A stretch of 64,000 nucleotides of DNA from Gemmatimonadales bacterium (GCA_049680185.1 JBAUHI010000032.1:3767-67766), one strand, 5' to 3'; positions 1 to 8,893 are shown, numbered from the stretch's first letter. Made by a program: numbers and translations. Notes: generated by a model not told the origin, from the letters alone.

Positions 1-1622
1 CCATTCTGGATCAGGTTGACCAGCACCTGCTGGACGCCCGTGGGATCGGCGTCGAGGTCGAGAACGTGGTCGGGCAACTGGGTCACGAGTCGGACCTTCA
101 GCTGCTCCGCGACGGGCTTGAGTCCCGCCACGACGCCGAGCACCAACGACTTGACCGGTACCCGCTCCCGGTGGACATCGCGACCCCGCACAACGGCCAG
201 GAGATCCCTGACGATCGCGCGGGCGCGTTGGGCCTGCTGATGCACCACCAGCAGCAGCTCGCGATCTTCCGCGGCGAGGTGCGGGATGGCCGCCACTTCA
301 TCGGTCAGGTGCAGGATCGCCGTGAGCGGGTTGTTGAGCTCGTGCGCCACGCCCGACACCAGTCGGCCGACAGACGAGAGCTTGGCCTCCTGGAGCAGCT
401 CCGCCTGAGTGGCAATAAGTCGCTGGTATGCGGTGCGAAGCTCCTGCCCGTCGGCGCGGACCCGGACGGCCATCTGGTCGAAGGCCGAGGCGAGGGCGGC
501 GATCTCGTCGGTGCCGGGATAGCCCACCGCGGCGACATCGACCCTGCCGGCCGCCATCTCGATGGCCGCGGCCCTGATCCTGCCCAACGGGCGTACCAGG
601 CTCAGTGCCAGGGCGCGCAGGACGGCGAACCCGATCGCCATGGCCGCCAGCAGCGCGACGAGCGCGAGCAGTGCGGTGTGCTCCAGGTCGCGAGCGTAGT
701 CGCGGAATGGCGAAGTCGCCACCAACACCAGCCCTGGCGACCGGGCACCGACAAGCGACCGTGTGGCCACCACCTGATCGATCCCCTGACGGCTGGTGAA
801 CCAGCCATCAGGGCCGGTGAGGATCCGACCGATATCGTCGATGCCCGCATCCTCCAGCAGCATCGGTGCCCCGGCGCCCGCGACGATCCGGCCCGTGCCG
901 CGGTCGACGACGAACGCGGTCGTATGATCGCCGATGGCACCCATCGCCTGGGTCAACGCCGCAGCGTCCCCGGCGGTGGCGGCAAGGATATCGCCGAGCC
1001 TTTGACCGCGGATGGCCTCGAGGCGCGACTGTGCCTGGGTGAGGCTGATGAGGAAGACCGGCATCCCGAAGCCGAGCGCCACGGCAGCACCGACCACCAT
1101 CAGCCTGCCGTAGAGCCCGGTCCCCGTGAGTCCGCCGACGGGAAGTGCCGAGCGGCGGATCGATGCTTCGGCCAGCAGGTAGGCCGCCGCGCCGAGGATC
1201 ACGCCCAGCACCACTCCCTGCACCAGCACCTTGGCCGCTTCGACGTACGGCAACGCCGCGAAAAGCCGGAGCTGGATGGCGCCGAGGGCATAGCCGCCGG
1301 AGCTCACCGTGAGGGCGAGCAGTCCGGCCCGGCGCGGCAACAATGCGATGTCGCGAGAGGCCCCGGAATGGCCGGACTCGTGGCGCCAGGCCATCCGACG
1401 CCAGAGCAGCCAGGTCCCGAGCACCACGCCGAGCCATCCGACCACCGGCACTTCCCAGGCATAGCAGATGACGACCCAGCGGAGCTGGTCGGCGTTGACA
1501 CGCCACCAGACCGCAGAGAACGCGATCCCGACCACCCACCAGCAGAGCGTGCTGGTGAGCCAGAGGCGGAGCGCGAGTCGGCGGCCGAGGGAGTCGAGAG
1601 GGGTGCGCATGAGGCTCTTCAT
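1..1622 (-). CDS. sensor histidine kinase, 3' end cut by window edge
   Basis: Absent from the ORF track because this frame has no stop inside the window. My reverse-strand translation from ATG 1622 (alternative ATG 1610) reads MKSLMRTPLDSLGRRLAL. A HAMP-like LVRPLGRIRAAAIEMAAG lies near 540-600. The HisKA H-box VAHELNNPL is encoded at about 325-350. No closed minus-strand ORF is listed in this frame, so it is open to position 1. Confidence 0.8.
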   Translation of the reverse strand, partial: MKSLMRTPLDSLGRRLALRLWLTSTLCWWVVGIAFSAVWWRVNADQLRWVVICYAWEVPVVGWLGVVLGTWLLWRRMAWRHESGHSGASRDIALLPRRAGLLALTVSSGGYALGAIQLRLFAALPYVEAAKVLVQGVVLGVILGAAAYLLAEASIRRSALPVGGLTGTGLYGRLMVVGAAVALGFGMPVFLISLTQAQSRLEAIRGQRLGDILAATAGDAAALTQAMGAIGDHTTAFVVDRGTGRIVAGAGAPMLLEDAGIDDIGRILTGPDGWFTSRQGIDQVVATRSLVGARSPGLVLVATSPFRDYARDLEHTALLALVALLAAMAIGFAVLRALALSLVRPLGRIRAAAIEMAAGRVDVAAVGYPGTDEIAALASAFDQMAVRVRADGQELRTAYQRLIATQAELLQEAKLSSVGRLVSGVAHELNNPLTAILHLTDEVAAIPHLAAEDRELLLVVHQQAQRARAIVRDLLAVVRGRDVHRERVPVKSLVLGVVAGLKPVAEQLKVRLVTQLPDHVLDLDADPTGVQQVLVNLIQN

Positions 1623-1671
1623 CAAGATGCACCTTGCGGCACGGCTGGGCCAGCCTGATATCTTCCCTCCC

Positions 1672-2046
1672 ATGGATCGCACATTCGCAGCACTTGGCGC
1701 CCTGTCCGCCGCGATCGCCGTGGCGGCCGGCGCCTTCGGGGCCCACGCGCTCAAGGGACACCTCTCCCCTGATGATCTGGCCGTTTTCGAGACGAGCGCG
1801 AGGTACCAGATGTATCACGCGCTGGCACTCCTGGCCGTGGCGTGGGCAGCATCCCGATGGCCCGGCGGGGCGATGAATGCCGCAGGCTGGCTCTTCGTCA
1901 TCGGGACCCTGCTCTTCTCCGGCAGCCTCTACGCCTTGGCGCTCTCAGGCGTGCGCTGGCTCGGCGCGGTCACGCCGCTCGGCGGACTTGCCTTCCTGGC
2001 GGGGTGGCTCTGCCTCGCAGTCGGCGCCTGGCGCGGCCGACCGTGA
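1672..2046 (+). CDS. DUF423 (YgdD-like) small membrane protein
   Basis: In-frame ATG 1672 within ORF 1468..2046. Reads MDRTFAALGALSAAIAVAAGAFGAHALKGH followed by hydrophobic helices. The upstream part of the ORF is Arg/Ser-rich and overlaps the divergent kinase start. Confidence 0.75.
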   Translation: MDRTFAALGALSAAIAVAAGAFGAHALKGHLSPDDLAVFETSARYQMYHALALLAVAWAASRWPGGAMNAAGWLFVIGTLLFSGSLYALALSGVRWLGAVTPLGGLAFLAGWLCLAVGAWRGRP

Positions 2047-2633
2047 CCGACGGCGGGACCGAGTACGGCACCCTCCTGGTCCAGCTCGACCGCTGGTCCG
2101 CCGACGCGCATGCCCGGCATCCAGGGGTCATCCCCTGCCGCCTCGGATGTACCGCATGCTGCCATGGTCCGTTCGACATCTCCGCGGCCGATGCCGAGCT
2201 ACTGGGTCAGGGGCTGCAGATGCTGGAGCCGGGAGTGCGGGCCGGTGTGCGCGAGCGGGCCGGACGGCTTTTGACCGCGATGCAACGGGCAGCACCGGAA
2301 TGGGGGCCGCCCTGGCATATCGAGGACATCGGCGAGGATCGGTTCGACGAGCTGGTCGAGTCGCTGGCGAGTGAACCGTGCCCGCTCCTGGGCGCCGATG
2401 GCGGGTGCCTCGTGTATGCGCACCGGCCGGCGGTCTGCCGGATGATGGGACTCGGGATGCGGACACCGGAGGGCGATATCGACAACGCCTGCCCCATCCA
2501 GCACCAGTTCCCCGAATACACCGCACTCCCGCCGCAGCGGTTCGACCTGGCGGCGTTCGAGCGAGAGGAAGAGCGGCTGATCGTGCGGGCGGGCGGTGCC
2601 GAGACCACCATCGCGGCCGTGGCGGGAGCATAG
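2043..2633 (+). CDS. YkgJ/UPF0153 family cysteine-cluster (Fe-S or Zn) protein
   Basis: GTG 2043 overlaps the upstream stop as GTGA. CRLGCTACCHGPFD and CPLLGADGGCLVYAHRPAVCR match the CxxCxxCC-type YkgJ pattern. Confidence 0.7.
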   Translation: MTDGGTEYGTLLVQLDRWSADAHARHPGVIPCRLGCTACCHGPFDISAADAELLGQGLQMLEPGVRAGVRERAGRLLTAMQRAAPEWGPPWHIEDIGEDRFDELVESLASEPCPLLGADGGCLVYAHRPAVCRMMGLGMRTPEGDIDNACPIQHQFPEYTALPPQRFDLAAFEREEERLIVRAGGAETTIAAVAGA

Positions 2634-2715
2634 GCAGCACTGCCGGTCAGGATGCCACAAGCAAGGGGCTCCGATGGGATATCGGGGCCCCTTAATGTGC
2701 TACGGCCGATCTCCA

Positions 2716-3087
2716 TCAGCTGACCAAGTGCTGCAGGCCCCGGTTGTACGTGAAGAGGGTGAACAGCGCGACGATGACCACGACGGCGATGATGATCGGG
2801 AAGACGAAGGCGCCGCTGAAGATCCGGCTGTCATTCTTCAGGTGCATGTAGAACGCGGCCACCAAGGCGAACTTGGCCGCGGAGAGCAGCACCAGCAGGA
2901 GGATGAAGTTCGGGTCGACGAACGAAGCGATGGCACCCTTGATGCTGCCGTCGTGGATCGAGTAGGTCACGACCTCGAGCGCGGTCAGCGCGAACAGGAT
3001 CAGCGCGATGGCGGTGTAGGTCTTCCACCCGGAGTGGCCGCGGGCCTCGGCGGGGGCGGGGGCGGCGGCGGCAGCGTGCGCATTCAT
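2716..3087 (-). CDS. ctaF: cytochrome c oxidase subunit IV (bacterial CtaF-like)
   Basis: ATG 3087 (MNAHAAAA), 14 nt after the ctaE stop. Small multi-helix membrane protein with AAFYMHLKND. Last gene of the cta operon. Confidence 0.75.
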   Translation of the reverse strand: MNAHAAAAAPAPAEARGHSGWKTYTAIALILFALTALEVVTYSIHDGSIKGAIASFVDPNFILLLVLLSAAKFALVAAFYMHLKNDSRIFSGAFVFPIIIAVVVIVALFTLFTYNRGLQHLVS

Positions 3088-3101
3088 GGCGGTCGGACCC
3101 C

Positions 3102-3692
3102 TCACTTCATCAGGTAGACGACAGGGAAGATCACGATCCACACCACGTCGACGAAATGCCAGTACAGTGCCGCGATCTCCAGGTTCAGCGCCTTCTCAGG
3201 CGTCAGCTTGCCGCGGAGGCCCTGGATGAAGAGCGTGATGAGCCAGAGCACGCCCACCGACACGTGGGTGCCGTGGAACCCGGTCAGGGTGAAGAAGCTC
3301 GCCCCGAACAGGTTGGTATGGATGGTCAGGCCCTTCTGGACGAAATGCGTGAACTCGTAGACCTGCATCCCGACGAAGAAGAGCCCGCACAGGATGGTGA
3401 GCCCCAGGAAGCTCAGGAACTGCCCCCGCTTGCCGTGCTGCAGGCCGTTCAAGGCCAGCACCACGAAGAATGAGCTGAACAGGAGGAGAGCGGTGCCGAT
3501 GGTCACCAGCCCGATCTCGAGGATGTCGCTCGGGAACGGGCCGACCTTGCTCTGCCCCCGATAGATCACGTAGGTCGAGATCAGGGAGGCAAAGAAGAGG
3601 CACTCCGACCCGATGAAGATCCAGATCGCCAGCTTTCGGCTGTCGAGGCCGGTCGTGGTCGGCGGGTGCAATGCGTGCGCGTCGTGGGTCAC
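3102..3692 (-). CDS. ctaE: cytochrome c oxidase subunit III
   Basis: GTG 3692 lies 16 nt after the ctaD stop and is preceded by GGAG. Contains TLTGFHGTHVSVGVLW and ALYWHFVDVVW motifs. Confidence 0.85.
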   Translation of the reverse strand: MTHDAHALHPPTTTGLDSRKLAIWIFIGSECLFFASLISTYVIYRGQSKVGPFPSDILEIGLVTIGTALLLFSSFFVVLALNGLQHGKRGQFLSFLGLTILCGLFFVGMQVYEFTHFVQKGLTIHTNLFGASFFTLTGFHGTHVSVGVLWLITLFIQGLRGKLTPEKALNLEIAALYWHFVDVVWIVIFPVVYLMK

Positions 3693-3708
3693 ATCGATCT
3701 CCGAGGGG

Positions 3709-5544
3709 TCATTCGACCGGTTCGAACGCCCAGTTGAACACAGACACGAGGAGCAACGCCGCCCCCGCCAGGATGATCGGAAGCTTGACCCCGACCAGGA
3801 AGCCAACGAGGAAGATCAGGATCCCCCACGCCGCGAAGAACGGCCAGTAGCTCGACGGGGGCATGTGGATCCCCGCTCCCGATCCGCGGACCGGCTCGGG
3901 CAACGTGCCGCCGGCCTTCCGCTTGGCCGCCCAGAGCGGATCGCGTCCGTCGACCGTCGGGATCTGCTCGAAGTTGTGCGGCGGCGGCGGCGAGGGAATG
4001 GACCACTCGAGGGTGGCGCCGCCCCACGGATCGGCCGGGACCGGTGTCGTCGGGCGGGTGCGCCAGGTCTTGATGATGTTGATCAGGAAGACCAGGAATG
4101 AGGTGCCCAGGATGAGCGACCCGGCGGTGGCGACCGCATTCCAGAACGAGAACCCGAGTCCGGTCGGGTAAGTGTAGACCCTGCGTGGCATCCCGTTGAG
4201 TCCCAAGAAATGCATCGGGAAGAACGTCAGGTTGAACCCGATCAGCATGAGCCAGAAATGCACCTTGCCCAAGCGCTCATCCAGCATCCGGCCGAACATC
4301 TTGGGGAACCAGTAATAGGCGCCCGCCGTCAGCGCGAAGATCGACCCGCCGAAGAGCACATAGTGGAAGTGCGCCACGACGAAGTAGGTGTCGGTCTGCT
4401 GCAGGTCGGCCGGGGGCACCGCGTGCATCACGCCGGAGAGGCCGCCGATGATGAACATCGCGATGAACCCGAGCGCGAACATCATCGGCACCCGGAAGCG
4501 GAGACTGCCGCCCCAGATGGTGGCGATCCAGTTGAAGATCTTGACGCCGGTCGGGATCGCGATCAACATCGTGGTGAGCGAGAACACCGTGTCCGCGATC
4601 GGTCCCATCCCGACGGCGAACATGTGGTGGCTCCACACCCCGAACCCGAGGAACGCGATGAAGATGCCGGAGAACACCATCGCGGTGTAGCCGAAGATCG
4701 GCTTGCGCGAGAAGACCGGGAGCACTTCCGATACGATCCCGAAGGCCGGCAGGATCAGGATGTACACCTCGGGATGTCCGAAGATCCAGAACAGGTGCTG
4801 CCAGAGGACCGGATCGCCACCACCGGTCGGCACGTAGAAGCTGGTACCGAAGAATCGGTCCATCATCAGCAGGATCAGCGCGACCGTGATGACCGGGAAC
4901 GCCAGCAGCAGCAGCACCTGCGTGATGAGGCTCATCCACGTGAAGATCGGCATCCGGAGGAGCTTCATCCCGGGCGCCCGCATGTTGATGATCGTCGTGG
5001 CGAAATTGACCGCCGCCGCCAGCGAGGCGATGCCCAGCATCTGGAGGCCGAGGAGCCAGAAGTCGATGTTGATGGCCGGCGAATACTGGATGCTCGTCAG
5101 GTTGGCATATCCGAACCAGCCGGCGTTCGGCGCCGCGTGGAACAGGAAGCTCGAGTTGATGAACAGCCCGCCCAGCAGGAACACCCAGTAGCTGAAGGCG
5201 TTGAGCCGGGGGAACGCCACGTCCCGGGCACCGATCTGCAGCGGGATCATGAAATTGAAGAACATCGCCGACAACGGCATCACCGCGAGGAAGATCATCG
5301 TGGTGCCGTGCATCGTGAAGACCTGGTTGTACACCTCGGGCGACAGGAACGTGTTGTCCGGCCGCCCCAGCTGCCAGCGGAGCAGCAGCGCTTCGAGCCC
5401 ACCGATCAGGAAGAAGAGGAACGCGGTCGCACCGTAGAGGATGCCGATGCGCTTGTGATCGACGGTGGTGATCCAGCTCCACACGCCCGTCGCCTCGTGG
5501 GAGGCGCCGGCGGCGTGGTCGCGGGGAAGGGCGGCAGTGGCCAT
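3709..5544 (-). CDS. ctaD: cytochrome c oxidase subunit I
   Basis: 611 aa. Heme-copper oxidase signature WIFGHPEVYILILPAFGIVSEV, HHMFAVGM and FVVAHFHYVLFGG. Two extra C-terminal helices. Confidence 0.95.
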   Translation of the reverse strand: MATAALPRDHAAGASHEATGVWSWITTVDHKRIGILYGATAFLFFLIGGLEALLLRWQLGRPDNTFLSPEVYNQVFTMHGTTMIFLAVMPLSAMFFNFMIPLQIGARDVAFPRLNAFSYWVFLLGGLFINSSFLFHAAPNAGWFGYANLTSIQYSPAINIDFWLLGLQMLGIASLAAAVNFATTIINMRAPGMKLLRMPIFTWMSLITQVLLLLAFPVITVALILLMMDRFFGTSFYVPTGGGDPVLWQHLFWIFGHPEVYILILPAFGIVSEVLPVFSRKPIFGYTAMVFSGIFIAFLGFGVWSHHMFAVGMGPIADTVFSLTTMLIAIPTGVKIFNWIATIWGGSLRFRVPMMFALGFIAMFIIGGLSGVMHAVPPADLQQTDTYFVVAHFHYVLFGGSIFALTAGAYYWFPKMFGRMLDERLGKVHFWLMLIGFNLTFFPMHFLGLNGMPRRVYTYPTGLGFSFWNAVATAGSLILGTSFLVFLINIIKTWRTRPTTPVPADPWGGATLEWSIPSPPPPHNFEQIPTVDGRDPLWAAKRKAGGTLPEPVRGSGAGIHMPPSSYWPFFAAWGILIFLVGFLVGVKLPIILAGAALLLVSVFNWAFEPVE

Positions 5545-5578
5545 CGTATCTGTCAGGCTCTCGTGAGGGTCGACGCGC

Positions 5579-6625
5579 TCAACGATGCGCGCGGACGTAG
5601 TGGACGAGTGCAGCGATCTCGGGTTCGGTCAGCGGGCGAGGGAGCTTCATCAACGCGCCCGGCTTTGCCGCCTGCGGGTCCCGGAGCCAGATCGACATGG
5701 TCGAATCGCTCTCGGGGAACAATCCCGCCACGATGGTCCCACGACTGGCCACGTGGGACAGGTTGGGGCCCATCATCGACATGATGTGCTCGGTAGGTTG
5801 CCCGGCCATCGCGTGGCAGCCGACGCATCCCGCCGTGATGAAGAGTGCCTTCCCGACCTTGAAGAGCGAATCGGTGGAATCGCCGGCGAAGGGCATCAAC
5901 TGCGCCTGTTCCCACTGGGCGAACGTCGCCGAGTCCTGGACCACGATCCGGAAGCCCATCCGCCCGTGTTCCTCGCCGCAGAACTCGGCGCATTGCGATG
6001 GGTAGGTGCCGACGGTGTCGGCCTTGAACCAGAAGTGGTTGGTGTGCCCCGGGATCATGTCGCGCTTCCCGGCGAACTGCGGAACCCAGAAGCTGTGGAT
6101 CACGTCCGCCGAGGTGAGGCGGAGGTCCACCGTGCGGCCGAGCGGCACGTGCATCTCGTCGGCCGTGACCACCGTGTCCTTCCCCATCGGGTAGCGGAAC
6201 TCGAACCACCATTGGTGGCCGATCACGTCGACCTGCACCGAATTGCCGCCGGGCAGTTCCGACGTCTTGAAGATCGTCTTGACGGTGGGGACCGCGATGA
6301 TGGCCAGGATGATGGCCGGGATGATGGTCCAGGTGATCTCGAGGACGAGATTGCCGTGGGTCTGCTTCGGCTCGGGATCGCCGGGACGCTCCCGGAACTT
6401 GATCATCGCAAAGACCAGGGCGCCCTCGACGAGGATGAACACGCCGGTCGCCCACCACACCGTGGTGAACAGCAGGTGATCCACCATCCGGGCAAAGTCG
6501 CCCTTGGGGAGCAATGTGGTCTGGGGATAGTGTTCGGCGCAGCCGGCCACGACCAGCGCCAACAGCGGCGCCAGCCAGCGTGACCAACGGCCGGAACGGA
6601 ACGACGGTTCGGCGGAACGAGGCAT
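5579..6625 (-). CDS. ctaC: cytochrome c oxidase subunit II with fused C-terminal cytochrome c (caa3 type)
   Basis: ATG 6625 (MPRSAEP). Lipobox-like LVVAGC. CuA site HSFWVP..CAEFCGEEHGRM. Heme c site CVGCHAM. Confidence 0.9.
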   Translation of the reverse strand: MPRSAEPSFRSGRWSRWLAPLLALVVAGCAEHYPQTTLLPKGDFARMVDHLLFTTVWWATGVFILVEGALVFAMIKFRERPGDPEPKQTHGNLVLEITWTIIPAIILAIIAVPTVKTIFKTSELPGGNSVQVDVIGHQWWFEFRYPMGKDTVVTADEMHVPLGRTVDLRLTSADVIHSFWVPQFAGKRDMIPGHTNHFWFKADTVGTYPSQCAEFCGEEHGRMGFRIVVQDSATFAQWEQAQLMPFAGDSTDSLFKVGKALFITAGCVGCHAMAGQPTEHIMSMMGPNLSHVASRGTIVAGLFPESDSTMSIWLRDPQAAKPGALMKLPRPLTEPEIAALVHYVRAHR

Positions 6626-6925
6626 CAAGCGATCATCCTTGGGCGGTACCGGGCCAGGGGCCGGTGGAAAACACGCAGGCAGAATAGCCGCCGCAATGCA
6701 CCACGTCAAGGAATTCATCATCAGAATGAAGACGGCCTGAAACGAAGATGAAGACGACGGACGAGGCGGCCGGAAGGCGCCCGGAGCCCGAGGAAGATCG
6801 GGACATCCAGACCTGGATCCGAATCGATCGATCGGAAACTTTCAAGGCCTGCTGTTCGTTCCCGACTCCAACGTTGTTCGTATCGATCGGGCCACCCGCC
6901 ACCACCTACCCGGAACGAGCCTCCC

Positions 6926-7417
6926 ATGACCGCCGCTGAACGCCAGGCACTCATCCGCCAATACGCCGCCGGTCCCGCCAAGATCAAGGCGGCCCTCGCG
7001 CAGGTCCCCGCCGACGCACTGCAGTGGCGCCCGGGCCCGGGGAAATGGTCGGTCCATGAGATCGTGATCCACTGCGCCGACAGCGAGGTCCAGGCCCACA
7101 CGAGGATCCGGGCACTCCTGGCCGATGCCGATCCGGTCATCCACGCCTATGACCAGGACCGCTGGGCCGTCGCACTCGACTACCACCGACGCCCGCTCGC
7201 ACCGGCGCTCGCCACCATCGAGGCGGTCCGCGCCAACACCGTCGCGCTCATCGAATCGCTCACTGACGGGCAGTGGGCCCGTACCGGGCGCCATACGGAG
7301 TCAGGCCCCTTCTCGGCAGAAAAGTGGCTCACGATCTACGCCAAGCACCTCGATCAGGAGCGGCACGAAGGACAGATCCTGCGGAACCTGGAAGCGTGGC
7401 GCGGGCGGGGGAAGTAG
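6926..7417 (+). CDS. DinB-family (DinB_2) metal-dependent protein
   Basis: 163 aa. Four-helix DinB pattern with His residues in WSVHEIVIHCADSE and AKHLDQERHEGQI. Confidence 0.7.
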   Translation: MTAAERQALIRQYAAGPAKIKAALAQVPADALQWRPGPGKWSVHEIVIHCADSEVQAHTRIRALLADADPVIHAYDQDRWAVALDYHRRPLAPALATIEAVRANTVALIESLTDGQWARTGRHTESGPFSAEKWLTIYAKHLDQERHEGQILRNLEAWRGRGK

Positions 7418-7655
7418 GAGGAGGAGACGAGAGGAGAGGAGGCGATGGACGTGAGGAGGAGGTAAGGAATCAATGGTGGACTCGTGAGTCGCCGGCGACG
7501 TCATCCTGACACCGAGAGCCGCGCGGCCGAAGGATCGGCCAATCTGCCGATCGATCCTTCGGCCCTTCGGGCCTCAGGATGACGTGCTCGGAAAAGCCTC
7601 CCGCTCGCCTCTTCGCCTCCTCCCCTCTTCCTGCCTTTTCTCTTGATTCCCCCTC
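7418..7655. repeat. nested palindrome: purine-rich arm, GTCATCCTGA/GAAGGATCGG hairpin, pyrimidine-rich arm
   Basis: 7418-7469 is GAGGAGGAG-type purine tract. 7498-7538 is the left half of the core element and 7547-7585 its reverse complement. 7597-7655 is a CCTCCTC-type pyrimidine tract. It fills the gap between convergent genes. Confidence 0.85.
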
Positions 7656-7660
7656 GCGCG

Positions 7661-8299
7661 CTACTCGATCGGCACGTCGAACCGTACCTCGCGCTCGACC
7701 GGATACGAATAGTGCCACCACTCCATGTCGTACTGCTGGAACCCTTCCGCTTCCATCGCATGGCGGAGCAGGTCGCGGTCCGTGCGAGCCAGTCCGGTCG
7801 CGTTGGCCTCGTGGGCCTCGGGTGAGAAGGTGTCGAAGGGCGTCCCCATCTCGAGCGGACGCCCGGACTTCAAGTCGCGTAGGGTCAGGTCGATCGCCAG
7901 GCCCAAGTTATGGCGGCTCCGGCTGGCGATGTAGCCACCGGTCACCAGTTCCGGTCGGCCTACCCGCGAGGCCCACGCCACCATCTCGGCGGTGGCGCGG
8001 GCGGGCCGGTAGCTGTCGTAGATGAGGAGTCCGAGGCCCTGCCGGCGGAGCCGTGCCTCGACCCGCACCAGTGCGGCAGCGGCCTCGCGTCGAGTGAAGG
8101 CGCGATCGGCGGTGTATCCGGGAAGAGGCGCACCGGTGAAGTTGGAGTCGGTACGGTAGCGCAGGTCGACTGTGATGGTCGGATCGAGGGTGCGAACGTC
8201 GACCATCAGTGAATCGAATACGCGCTGATCGACCACAAGCGGCGTGGTGTCGGCAGGGGACTGCGGCGCGACGGCGAGGAGCAGGAGGAGAGGGAGCAT
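7661..8299 (-). CDS. D-alanyl-D-alanine dipeptidase (M15D, VanX/DdpX-like), secreted
   Basis: In-frame ATG 8299 gives signal-like MLPLLLLLAVAPQSPA. Zn-site motifs SRHNLGLAIDLTL and EWWHYSY. The longer ORF start at 8380 reads through the tandem repeat. Confidence 0.8.
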   Translation of the reverse strand: MLPLLLLLAVAPQSPADTTPLVVDQRVFDSLMVDVRTLDPTITVDLRYRTDSNFTGAPLPGYTADRAFTRREAAAALVRVEARLRRQGLGLLIYDSYRPARATAEMVAWASRVGRPELVTGGYIASRSRHNLGLAIDLTLRDLKSGRPLEMGTPFDTFSPEAHEANATGLARTDRDLLRHAMEAEGFQQYDMEWWHYSYPVEREVRFDVPIE

Positions 8300-8329
8300 G
8301 GGGGGAATATGGCTCGGATCGCCCCGGAC

Positions 8330-8496
8330 GTCATCCTGAGCAGAGCGAAAGATCGGCTGGCCTTCAGGGGTCCTCGTCATCCTGAGCAGAGCGAACGATC
8401 GGCTGGCCTTCAGGGGTCCTCGTCATCCTGAGCAGAGCGAAGGATCGGCTGGCCTTCAGGGGTCCTCGTCATCCTGAGCAGAGCGAAGGATCGGCC
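8330..8496. repeat. tandem array, 46-bp unit x 3.6
   Basis: Units at 8330, 8376, 8422 and 8468: GTCATCCTGAGCAGAGCGAANGATCGGCTGGCCTTCAGGGGTCCTC. They are identical except unit position 21 (A, C, G, G). The last unit is truncated 3 nt before the GIY-YIG stop codon. Confidence 0.95.
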
Positions 8497-8498
8497 CG

Positions 8499-8789
8499 CT
8501 ACCGAAGTTCTCCCAACTCGTCTGCACCAAGATCTCGCCACTCAGGGTTCGTGGCCTCGATGAGATCGACCTTCCGTTGACGCCGCCAACCCTTGAGCTG
8601 CCGCTCCCGCTCGACCATTGCCCGGGAAGACGGCGTCAACTCGAAATAGACCAGCCGATCGACCGAGTACCGATGAGTGAATCCCTCTCTCAGCCCCAGA
8701 CGGTGCTCTGCGACACGCTTGCGCAGGTCGGACGTCGAGCCGATGTACAACACCCGATTTCGATTGGCGAGGATGTAGACGTAGTACAC
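8499..8789 (-). CDS. GIY-YIG nuclease family protein (small stand-alone, COG2827-like)
   Basis: VYYVYILANRNRVLYIGSTSDLRKRVAEHRLG...RERQLKGWRRQRKVDLIEATNPEWRDL. I place the start at GTG 8789. The 59 upstream codons of ORF 8499..8966 are a translation of the flanking repeats (DVILSEAKDRP, HVILTPSAASGKDRP). Confidence 0.8.
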   Translation of the reverse strand: MYYVYILANRNRVLYIGSTSDLRKRVAEHRLGLREGFTHRYSVDRLVYFELTPSSRAMVERERQLKGWRRQRKVDLIEATNPEWRDLGADELGELR

Positions 8790-8805
8790 AGAGTCCTTGG
8801 TGGCG

Positions 8806-8893
8806 GGCCGATCCTTCCCGCTCGCTGCGCTCGGTGTCAGGATGACGTGCGCCGGAGCGACGGGCCGATCCTTCGCTTCGCTCAGGATGACGT
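8806..8893. repeat. two tandem right-half copies of the GTCATCCTGAG element (reverse complement orientation)
   Basis: 8806-8849 is GGCCGATCCTTC..GGTGTCAGGATGACGTG. 8862-8893 is GGGCCGATCCTTCGCTTCGCTCAGGATGACGTC. The reverse complement of the second matches the left-half unit at 8330-8496. Confidence 0.9.

Noticed and set aside
66-1658. A 530-aa plus-strand ORF at the left edge.
   Set aside because: Its composition is Arg/Gly/Asp/His-rich and not protein-like. The opposite strand encodes a histidine kinase with HAMP and H-box motifs. This is a typical high-GC shadow ORF.
6821-6895. GAATCGATCGATCGG and TTCGTATCGATCGGG in the ctaC/DinB divergent region as copies of the 20190 operator.
   Set aside because: They share only TCG-rich fragments. 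The half-sites TTCGGTA/TACCGAA are not present. The similarity is not above what I would expect by chance in a short AT-richer gap.
8330-8496. The tandem 46-bp repeats could be a CRISPR array.
   Set aside because: The units are directly adjacent with no unique spacers. The unit is the left half of a palindromic element found elsewhere. No cas genes are in the window.
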